A stretch of 60,407 nucleotides of DNA, filler included, from Ionaspis alba (taxonomy: Eukaryota): NCBI GenBank assembly GCA_964255285.1. It is 2 parts of 2 records of this genome, joined end to end, with 100 filler letters (N's around TTAATTAATTAA, not from the genome) between each part and the next. Parts side by side here need not be neighbours in the genome. Positions count along the whole stretch, not along the records: positions 30,327 to 60,407 come from CAXUUL010000117.1; 1 more part is not named here. One strand, 5' to 3'. Of this stretch, positions 50,140-60,407 are shown one piece after another (position 1 is the first letter of the stretch; each line of letters opens with the position of its first letter). The position numbers and the translations under genes are program-made. The notes under the pieces were generated by a model. That model made no database searches and was not told the DNA's origin. It was given only the letters and a program-made list of their open reading frames with translations.

Positions 50140-51632
50140 ATGGCCAAGACAGACGGGATAAGAGGCGAGGGACTCCACGGGCGTGGAAACGAACTCGTCA
50201 TCATATCGACCACCTTCTTGGGAGTTGCCCTGCTGTTGGTTGGGATGCGAATGGTGACGAAGCGCGTGTGGGGGAAGGGATGGGGATGGGATGACTATAT
50301 TATAGTCATCTCTCTAGTAAGCTACAATCATTCCCTAGATCCGGAGACGTTGCTAGTTCTATGGCTCTTCGACTCGAGTCGTGTGCCTTGCTAGCTACAA
50401 TCGTCTCTATAGTCGTTGATCCGGTCCCTTAGATCTTCAGCGGAGGAATGACTGCTGCGGATGTTCTCGGTAAGTGGCTCCGCAACCACTAAGTGTGCTA
50501 TAGACTGTATTGGGCCTTGATCTAACAGAAGAAAAGCGGTGAACTTCGGCTTTGGCAATCCTTCCGCGACTCTTACTCCGGCCGACCGTCACGATGCCTT
50601 GAAGGTACAGTGCCTTCCCTATACCCCTCCGAACCACTCAATCCCTTTTGCAATCTGAACGATTCAACAGAACTTCTTTGTCATCCAAATCCTCTACAAA
50701 ATCGTCATGTGTCTCACCAAGGTCTCGATTCTGGTGCTCTACCTTCAAATCTTCACCTCCAAAGTCTACCGACGCTGTACTTGGATCTCCATTGGCGCAA
50801 TCGTCTGCTACACCTGTGGCAGCGTCTTGGTTACCATCTTTCAATGCTCGCCTTTATCAGATGCGTGGGGCAAGACTCCGGGAGGCATATGTGTGAACCT
50901 GACCATATTCTGGTACTGCAATGCGGCCTTCAATATCTTAACCGACGCCGTGACCTTGGTCTTGCCTTGGCAGATGGTCTTCAACCTGCAAATTCCTCGG
51001 CGCCAGAAGATTGGCCTTATCCTGGTCTTTGCGTTGGGTGTCTTGTAAGTTTCTGATCTCTCTATCGTAGCCTCTGTCCAAAAATGTACTCTAAACTCTA
51101 CACAAGCGTTGTTGTTACCTCCATTCTGCGCACGACCACTCTCGAGAACGACTCTAAAGCCCCCGACCCAACCTCTGGCACCTTCACCTCAGCCATCTGG
51201 ACCTCGATTGAAGCCAACACTGGTATCATCTGTGCCTGTCTTCCTATGCTCAAACAACCACTCACGAAGATATGGCCTCGTCTCTTCAGTAATAGGTCAC
51301 GCTCTCAATCCTACTCATCCTCTACCTCCCACCGCGCTCGCACAAACTCTACAGCAACCCATCAGTCATGTCTTACTGCGCGTAGAGCAACAATAAATCA
51401 TCATCGTTTTCAATTCAGGGTCTTGCAGAGCAAGAGGAAGGACGGGGACATTGAGTTGGGCAATTTAATGCCACCGCAGAGGAAGCAGAATCCGCCTAGT
51501 ACTCGGGAGAGCGAGGACCATTCTGTGCGTTATGGAGAGAACGAGGTTCCTCAGGGACAGATTAGTAAGACTACGGATGTCGATATTCGCTTTGATGAGA
51601 CGGAGAAGAGGACTCGGTCGGCGCTTTCTTAG
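50140..51632 (+). CDS. PTH11-like (rhodopsin-domain) integral membrane protein without CFEM, 5 exons
   Basis: MRMVTK...WGWDDYII, FGFG, YKIVMCLTKVSIL, IFQCSP...W...C, FNILTD...LP...LQIPRRQKIGL...FALG, WTSIEANTGIICACLP. Exons join in frame, including a ~37-nt internal exon at ~50433-50469. Confidence 0.9.
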
Positions 51633-52430
51633 ACACGATATGTTGCGACGACGGGTGTCATGCTGAAAAACATTAGGTACAAATGCCTTCACATTGGCAG
51701 GTAAGATTTGGCTCGGGCGGCCGTCATCGATGACGATTGTAGTATTGGGAGGGCTTAAATAGAAAAGCAGTTTGATTCACTTCTCTGGCACAAAACATCA
51801 CTCCGGCGACCGCCTCCAAAGGTGATAAAAAGCCTACGGATCTCCGCATTATGTTCCCTTTGAGACAAATATGGATGTTGCCTAAATATGTACAACCTGA
51901 TACAAAGAAAACCTCTCGACTAGCATAATTCCCCACTCTCAATGCAGACAACTTATCAGCTACCTCTGCTTCCCCAATTTTTTCAACCCACCAGCATGCA
52001 ATAGAAAGTTGCGTGCCAGATGTCCGTGTATGTAGCACCGACACCGAAAGTCATGGATCCCGTGTCTTCGTATCATCATCACCAACAAACAAGGGCATGA
52101 GGGGAAAGAACATGCCACACCGAGTACCATAAAAGCCGCACCCACGCTACTCCACGCCACGCCGAGCAATGCCCCGAGCGAGTATGGTATCAGTCTAGAG
52201 AAAAGCTTGACAAAAGAAACGAAATCCATAGCTTCACAGCACCAATGCTCTGCTCAGCCATAGCACTCTACTAGCGATGCAGGCCACACCAAAACACCAT
52301 CTCAGGTATTCAAGACACCAGAACCATGGAGCTCGTATGCAAATCTGCCGCCAAGAAATAGCCAGGGTTAGCAAAAGCTAATAGCCAAGCAATACCCCTT
52401 ATCAGCCAAGCAAAGCAAGTCCTCATCTGC

Positions 52431-54760
52431 CTACTTCCGGTCCCAGTCTCCGTAGAAGCTGGCCAGCGTAGCCGCGTTGTTGGCAGCCACGTCCATGACC
52501 TGGAAGCCTTTGCGCAGCTCGTTCTCGACGAAGTGAGAGGCGCGCTTGAAGCGCTTGTCCGTGTACTTGTCGTAAATGGCGCTGTGGTGTTTCTGCGGAT
52601 TCTCACAGCAGGAAAGTAGGAGTTGGACAAGAGGGTATAGTTGGGTGTAAGTATAGGCAGAGTAGTGGACGTGGTGCGGAGACTTGAGAGACGTTAGCGG
52701 AGGGATGGATGCCATCGGGTTAGGAGGCAACAAGTTCACTTACCCAGTTGCCTTTCTTCAGCATCATACGTGCCAGGCAGTGCGCACCAGCCGCGGTGTA
52801 GCTAGGAGGGCTACCGAGGAAGCGCTCGTCCATGATGGTAATCTCGAGGAAGTACTTGGCGAGTGTTCGTGTCTCGAGATCGTAATCGTCGGCCTTGCTG
52901 ATCCTCCTTAAGAAGCTCATCGGACCTGGCCATCCTAGCTCGAATTGCAGCATACTGAGCATGAAGCGCTCAGCCTTGAGAATCTCATCCACAGAGTAGC
53001 CACTATCGACCATATAGACAATTTCCTGGACTGAAGGACAGTTTATCTCTTCGTATTTTGCCGCGACGAAAATAGCTGTGGCACCAACAAGCTGAAGCTT
53101 ACCCAGAGAAACAATCTTGCAGGAGAGGAAGCGATCAATATAGTTGACGCAGAGGAAGAGTGTTTCTGGAAGGAGGCCGAAACGATGGTGAACCTGGACG
53201 AGCCAGTCCATGAGGACGGAACGCATAGACCATTGTATTTCCGCCTGATTGTCCATGTAGTGGGCATTAGGGAGCATCTTGATCTGTCGGGTAAAGTCAG
53301 CGGCACTTCTTCAGCAGACTTGAAGCTTAGACTCACCTCGAGCTCCTTCATGTAGGCAAAGATCTCGTCTCCATATTCAGCAACCATGCTCATATCCCAG
53401 GCTTCATCCTCGATCTCTTCAGGTGTTCTTGACGCCTCAACAAGCTCTTTCGCAGCCGCAATCTCCTTCTTGATCTTGTTGTTGACCTTTGGAAAAAGTA
53501 TGGTCGTGGCACCGCCGGTAGTATTATCCCTTCCAGACTTGTAAGAGCGTGCAGTCACATAGCCATCCTCATCGTAATTATCCTCGTCCTCCTCGTCGTC
53601 CCAATATTCTTCTGGCTCCGACACGGGAAGTAGTTTGTGTTTGTATGATAACTCAGATTGTACTTTCTTCTTTTGTGTTTCAACCAAAGGCTGGTAGGAT
53701 GTCTCGTACCGGATTTCCTCGGCTTCTTGGGGAAGTGTGATGGCGTCCACCACTCCATTCGAGATTGTTTCGACGTGATCGGTCTCGTCCGTGTATTCAC
53801 AGTATTGTACATCGCCATTGTCGTCAATGTACGCTGCCTCCGAATATGCATCTGAGATTATTTCTGATGAGGTTGGTGCACTAGGTACTGGCTCTTCTCG
53901 TACGATTTCGGGGGGTACAACCTGCTTGCTCTGTGTCCTTCGCAGTTCTGGTTGAGGTTCTTCCAAAATGTTTGATGCGTTTGGGTTTTCCTTCGGATTG
54001 AGGTCACGGTGAACAGGAGCGAGCGGTGCTTTGGCAGGTATCGATTTGTGCTGGTCGACGTTGTGCTGCTCCGGCTGCGGTACTGCGAAGTCCTTGAGAA
54101 TGGCTGTGCTTCTTTTACTCAACACTTTACGCGTGTTTGCTGATTGTAGAGGCTGTTGCGTTTCTGTGACGACCGATTTTGTCGTAACCGTGGCGACAGT
54201 GCTAACATTGTTGACTAGTCCCCTGAGATTCGAAACGGATAAAGGACGCTGGGCAGGACGTAGCAACGCTGCCGACTTCTTGTCTTGTTGGACTTTGATG
54301 ACCTTTTCGTTGATCTCGTAGCCGTTTTTGCCGGATATGACCGAGTCATCACGGCTTGGACGGTAGATATTTGCAGTATTGCTGACGTCGCCGAATGCTG
54401 TGCGTTTGACTGCTCCCTTCAATGCCCCTGCCGCAGCCATAGTTGATAGTGCTGGGCTTGACTTGTTGCGCGAGTGTAGAGTCTTCATTGCGTTTGCTAC
54501 CGGAGGTAGATTTTCGTCGCCATGGACGCGTAAAGTCCGTAGTGGTCTTTGTGGCTGCATAAAGAAATGTTAGCAAGCTTCAGCTATTGTCAAGAGTCTG
54601 TGGTAGCTCTATTAGCAGTACTGGCAAGCCTGTGGTTAGTTTGTATAGAGCTTGGGAATTGGGGATCCGAGAAAAACCCCCCCGGTCGCATTGAAAGGAG
54701 TGAATCAGCTCAGGTATGAGCCGGTGACTTGACTTAGTATCTACGTACCTTAGCATCCAT
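52431..54760 (-). CDS. CLB3: B-type (Clb3-like) cyclin, 4 exons, 12-nt first exon (MDAK)
   Basis: D-box KRTAFGDVSN, MVAEYGDEIF and cyclin box MRSVLMDWLVQVH...LPETLFL...LQLVG...AAKYEE, plus PGPMSFLRRISKADDY. The first intron is 54748-54555. Confidence 0.93.
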
Positions 54761-54769
54761 CTTGGAAGC

Positions 54770-55132
54770 ACGCGTCGACAATGCTTGGTGATGGTGGAAG
54801 AAAGTTCGAGGAACTCCAGAGCTCCAGCAGACACCGACCACTCTATTGCCCCTATGATCCCTGGTCAGTGGGAGATTGGATGGGGAGTCAGGGAGAGAAG
54901 AAAACCTTTCGGCTACAAGACGTGACAGTCGACTCGAGGTGATCAGGAGTCGAGATTCTTGAGTAAAGATTGCAGAGGGTAAGAGGTGCTGCTGTTATGG
55001 CTGCTGCATTGAACTTTGATGGGGGTAGTGCAGAACAATGAAAGCTCCCATGTTTACAATCAGGAACCGCAGCCAATCAGGAATACTCGGCACTAAAAAG
55101 CTTGGCGCAGAATTCAAAGTAAACAGATCGCG
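54770..55132 (-). promoter_or_regulatory. Cell-cycle promoter elements upstream of the cyclin: forkhead sites and MCB-like boxes
   Basis: ACGCGT 54770-54775, TGTTTAC 55051-55057, and GTAAACA 55119-55125 next to CGCGT at 55129. Confidence 0.5.
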
Positions 55133-57751
55133 TCACTCCGAATGATGCCAGGCGCAACCCAAACTCCACAATGAGCCACAACGTCTCTGGCTGCTGCCTG
55201 AGACATTCCTTGTTGTTATCTACGACTATTCCTACCGATTGTGACTTCACCAGAATGTATCAAAGCACTGCGCCGTGTCCCATCACGCTCTCTCCGTTTC
55301 ATGCACTCTGGTCGCGTTCCTGGCGACCTAAACCACGCAGTCACATGACCAAAGGTTCTCTTGACAAATTCAATCGACTATCTACGAAGCATTGTCGCAG
55401 CATCGATGCGATGCCAGATACTCTATCTCTAAGCCTATGCGACTGGTACAAAACAACGATGGGCATGTGGGCGGGATTCCAAGGCGGAATAACCGCCGAC
55501 ATAAGCCCCTCGGTTCCCAACCAAGAAGAGTCTGGCCACTTGTCGTAGATCCCGACCTTTGCAAGTGCTTCAGAAGCCAGCGTCACTGCAAGGATGGCTG
55601 GCAGAACGACTGGCGAACAGACGTCCAAGACAACCCTTCTCTCCAACCTTTGAAACGGTCATCATCAAGCATTCGCCGGCTTCTGCACGGCACCTCCTCG
55701 GCGCCCAATATCGCACAACGTTGAGGCAGCAGCTGAGGAAATCCCGCGTCACCGTTTCCACCGAAACCTCCTCTTCCATTTCTTTGTGCCAGTTGGCGAA
55801 TATCCTTTCACCTCAGTTTCTTCAGAACGATGCGAGATCTGTTCGATTCGCCAAGGGCGCGACAGTATCGCATACAAACTGGAAAACGTGTTTCTTATCG
55901 CCAGGAATGGATGACCCGGCGCATGTGCGAAGCGCACGCAACAAATGATCTGATATGGCCAAACGGAGCCTGGTCCCGAGGCAGCCTATTCGCCCAATAC
56001 GTATCTGCAAGACTGCAGATCCCTTTGCTTTTTAGTCTATAGAGGGGAGCGCACGAAGAAATTGCTTGTGACCGTTGCGGTTTCTATTCAGTAATTCTTA
56101 TGCCTTACCATTCCGTTCAGCCGTGGTGAATCTGTTTGATTGCGAACGACCCATGACTCGTAGACCGACAAGAAATCCAAGACCCCTTTGCGGCACAGGA
56201 GCGCCTTGAGCGGCCAACTATACCGACCACCAACTATTGACCAGTCTTCGAGAGGCAGTGCAGGATGCTTGTGATACCAAAATCTCACGGGAACCTGCCT
56301 TAAACTCCCTCAAGAATCTGCGGACGTTCGAGCGGAGAAATTGTCGAATGTTGAATAGCGCACACGAATTCTGTGGGGCTGATAGAAAAATATCTCTTGG
56401 CCATCATGCTCTGAGCTTGCCCTTTCTTATCCTTTCCGTGGAATTCTAGGAGATCGCTGATGTGCCACTGCTATCAAAGAGCAATTGGCGCATGCATAAA
56501 GTTGGCTCCGGTCCAAGGAGCCCGAAAGGACGCAGGTGCAGCCGTGAAGGAGAGTTTGGTATGCGGATGGATCATTGGCTCGATTGCATTCTGATGGCTT
56601 GGAGGAGGGGTCTAGTTTCTCGACCATACGCTGCAACTCTGTAGCAATCCATCGAGCAGACAGCCCGCAACGCACGGCTAAGGTGCTCAGCTAATGTAGA
56701 ACCTAGAGAATTATGGAGACTGAACCACCGTGTGAAAGTGCGCAAATGGTGGGGAGACAGCTCCACTCTGGCATGTAATCTTCGTATAGGATGGATTGGT
56801 TGATTCATACTGTACTCCATCTGGCCAAGGTTGACCGTCGCCGCCGGACAAGGGCTCTACTCTCTGCTGTATCCTATTCTTGATACTGCGACGGCCAATC
56901 CCTTCTGAGCCTGTTTCAGACAAAGCAGACCGCGCATCCATTGCCTCTCCTATTCCAATCCTTCTTCCCAGCCTTCTGACTGTCGCGCATACGTACTGTA
57001 GTGGCCTTTGGTGCTATTCAGCGCTGCACAATTCCACTGTGCAGAGCTGTTGAGGAGTCAATTCGCTACGCTTCCACCACCTCAGACCTCCCATCCTCCT
57101 CCATCAACTTCCTCCCCGCAGAGTCATCAACCACCATCCTCGACCGTTGCTTTCTGGTAAGTCATCTCTAGAATCTCGATGCTATGTATCATCATTTCCT
57201 TTTGTTGGTTATTACTTTTTCACAACGATTATGCTTGAATTACCACCGCAAAACGCTGACACTTTCGTCACCTAGGGATCTGAGAGGCATCGAGAAGGTT
57301 GCTACACGAGCAACACCACGACCTTGAAAATCCAGCTTCGAGATCAAGTTCGTCAGTGTTCAGGTATGCGATCGAGTTCACGCAACCAAAACTGTGTTCT
57401 CTCTTCTCCACAACACACTCTTTCTTCTCCTCCTCCGGGACCCAGACAATTGACACAGATGGGTCTTCATCCCGAGGAGAAGGATTACCCAGCCAGAGTT
57501 TCATATGGCCTGGCGCTCCTAACGAGTTGACTGATTTAGTTAATGTCCGAAAAGAGCATCGTTTGACTGACAAGTGGTGCATTTCCAGATCACTACGATC
57601 GCCTCACCGCGGACAAGAAGACTTGCGACGGCGCATTGCTTCCTGCCGAACACGATTCCAGCCTCTTGCATCTCCTGGCAGAGCAGGGCCAGTACACTGC
57701 TGACCTGGGATTCAATCCAGGGTGGTGCCTCATCCGTCTATATCCGATAGC

Positions 57752-59997
57752 ATGGATGTCTCCAATCTGCTGTCGCACGACGGACCATCACATCCAGTCC
57801 CACAACAAACAAACAATGCACCACTAGATCAGACTTATAACCATCAGTACCTCACGCGAAGATCGACAGCCACTCAGAATCACTCTGATCAGCCGATGGC
57901 CACGACACCGGCTCGCCAATTCTATCATTCAGCCACCTCTGAAGGTCATGCCAGTGCTTCGCCTCCCAAACCGAAGAATCTCACATTCGAGTTGCACTTC
58001 GATGGAATACCTCGATACAAAGCCCGATTGCCCATGCGAGTGCAGATATTCCCCCACGATACCACGGACTCTATCATCAGCACTGTCAAGAACTTCTATG
58101 GTCTATACGAAGGGGCAGCCAATGGCGTGAGCTTCGAAGACGCACAAGGGAATACTCTCATAGCACAATACGAGAATTTTAGGGATGGTATGGTTGTCTA
58201 TATGAGGGTTGTTCCGGACTACTCTTCCCGACAAAATAGCTACGATGGTTTCGGACACTCTGGCTATCGATCGACCTCCCCACGCAGGTTACCACAACTC
58301 GATGACGTGCCGCAGATGCTACCACCACAACCAGCACAGATACTGAATTATGGGCAGCCACCATCTCGTCCAGCTTCGCGGCTGTCTCGTAAGCAGAGTG
58401 CTTCTCCTAGGTTGGGTGGACGGCCCTCAAGAGCCAACTCCAGCCAAAAGATACGCTCACGATCTGGCGTCAAGAGTCAATCGTCAAGCTTCCAGGCTAA
58501 TCTGGATGAGCTCAACGGTGATGCTCATAATGGCTATAGCAGCAGCGATGGGGGAGCTGGATCGGTAACATCGTCTCGCAAGGCGCGGAGCGAACAACTT
58601 GCAAGCGCTGAGATCAGCGTCGAGAACATCGTTGAGGGTGGTAGAAGAAAAAGAGCGAAGTTTGAGAGCTCTGTAAGTTGTATTAACTGCCATTTAGGGT
58701 TGCTTGGGTCTTTTGCTAAGGGTGATCCTTTTTGCAGGAATTGCCTCTCTTCGTCCCACCCCAAGTTGCAGCACCCAACTCGATTTCATCGATCTCTCCT
58801 CAACGTCGTTCTAACGGCCATGAGAATGCTTCGCCATTCGCTCGCCCCACGCAACGTACATTCTCATACAATGTTCCTCTCCAGTCTCCACAAAGCTATA
58901 CTTTCGGAGAACAAGCACAATCTGGCACACCACAATCAGGTACAGCATTCTCGGTCCCTTCTGTACCTCAACATGGCCATCGCCTCCGTGATCGTATTGG
59001 TGGATCATTGTCATCTGCAAGATCCTCCTTAGGTCGACCACACGGAGCAGGCATTTTGCCAACCCCGGATCCGACAGTGGCGAGTTGCATTTCGGACGAG
59101 GATGTTGCACTACAATTGATGCGTCTCGGCGACGCCTCCAACATCTCTCATGGTAGGACCTCTGCATCAACCTTTGATGATGCATTCAGTGGTCGTGCAG
59201 ACGCAGCGTCTTCCATGACGAGCGACACTGAAAACGAAAGCGATGCCACTGAGCAACCTCCGCTTCCCCCACAACGTGCGACTGTGAAGACTGAGCCCAA
59301 CCTGGGCCGTCCGAGTCTGAAAAAACACCTCAAGCATCTCGACGATACTCTGCCAAGCTTTGATAGCACAGAGCCTAGTGGCGATGAAGTTGATGGTGAC
59401 TATGAAGACGGTGTATTCAAAAGTGAACTTGACGATCACATCGTGCCTTTAGATATTCCTGCCAAGCCTAAACTTGCAAAGATCAAGACTGTTGGCATTG
59501 GCGCGAACAAGTCCCGTTCTGGTAGTGCGTCTGCCAAATCTACAAAGTCTCTCAAGCATCCTGCTGGAATTACCAAGAAAACAAAAGCTTCCGCACTGTC
59601 CAGCGGCAACCAGGCTCCGATATCGCCATCATCTCTTCCCAATCAGTCACGCAAGACCTCTTCAGCCTCTACACTCAATTTCCAGCATCAACTAGCAGTC
59701 GACGAAGACGATCTCTCCTCCAAGCCTCGCTGCCAGCGCTGTAGGAAGAGCAAGAAGGGATGCGACAGACAACGCCCCTGCCAGCGCTGCAAGGATGCGG
59801 GCATTGGTATTGAAGGCTGCGTCAGTGAAGACGAAGGTAATGGTCGTAAAGGTCGCTACGGGCGCCATATGGGCGTGCCAGTCAAAAAGGGTATGGAAGG
59901 ATATATCCCGGACAACGATTCTCAAACAGCAGGAGCTATACTCACTGGCATGGCAGGCCAAGGCGGTCCGGAGAAGAGCAAGAAGAGGAAGAGGTAG
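57752..59997 (+). CDS. Zn(II)2Cys6 transcription factor with C-terminal zinc cluster and an N-terminal ubiquitin-like-looking domain, 2 coding exons
   Basis: RLPMRVQIFPHDTTDSIISTVKNFYGLY...VSFED...IAQYENF, intron 58673-58737, CISDEDVALQLMRL, RCQRCRKSKKGCDRQRPCQRCKDAGIGIEGC and terminal KKRKR. A probable 5'UTR intron lies at ~57157-57275. Confidence 0.88.
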
Positions 59998-60407
59998 AGT
60001 TTGTTTTGAAATCCTCATAATTTACTGCGGTTGGTAGGAGTACCCAACCTTACGATTCGACGATTCTACTTTCTAGGGACTGTCCTTGCGCCCTCGGTCT
60101 CGTCCTCTTAGAGGACTATGGAGTATGGAATGGGAGTATGTCATTGTGGTTGGCAGTGCCTGGTGTACGAAAGTCCTGACAAATCGGGCCTTGTGTATCA
60201 CATCCTTCTCAAAATTGGAATATCGGCCGCCATGTAGTCGGCAACAAGGATTTCTCGAGCGTTTCTGTCTCATGTTTAGCAACTTCGAGTTCGTTTTATT
60301 TCTCGCTTTTGAATTAGTAAAACATTTCTTTCTTCTTCGAGCTAGCCAGGTTCTTTATTTGGCATCGTTTTCTGCTCTAGGGATTGGTTGGATAAGCAAG
60401 CTGAGCT

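Noticed and set aside
55835..55860. GTTCGATTC resembling a tRNA T-loop (also GGTTCGATT near 30839)
   Set aside because: No pairing T-stem, acceptor stem or A-box. No tRNA, rRNA, snRNA or CRISPR array was recognised anywhere in the window.

Overview
Eukaryotic, intron-rich genomic DNA from a filamentous ascomycete (Pezizomycotina). It has short GT-AG introns with CTRAC branch sites and three 100-nt scaffold gaps. About 21 protein-coding genes can be reconstructed by hand. Most are conserved housekeeping or regulatory genes: GH5 exo-1,3-beta-glucanase, an aromatic-aldehyde dehydrogenase, importin Kap120/IPO11 head-to-head with PEX2, a tandem-RRM-like protein, proline dehydrogenase, an NmrA-like reductase whose first intron is GC-AG, a 4-exon grg1/ccg-1 missed by the ORF track, a CDH-cytochrome/DOMON + b561 membrane protein, CSL4, a Kre1-domain GPI protein, an AmdA-type C2H2 factor, Ras-GEF CDC25, a PTH11-like protein, a Clb3-type cyclin and a C-terminal Zn2Cys6 factor. 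Three accessory-looking genes are interspersed: a 771-aa orphan, an F-box/LRR-like protein and a PD-(D/E)xK nuclease-like protein with an NLS and a recently duplicated coiled-coil tail. A decayed Ty3/Gypsy integrase relic lies near the left end. I could not identify a clearly new multi-gene system. The best leads are the nuclease-like gene, the 771-aa orphan, a promoter-like motif cluster (3x ATCACGTG, TATA box, TTAGGG) between two convergent genes, and a repeated C-rich to G/T-rich sawtooth inside several genes. All family assignments come from motif recognition, not database searches.
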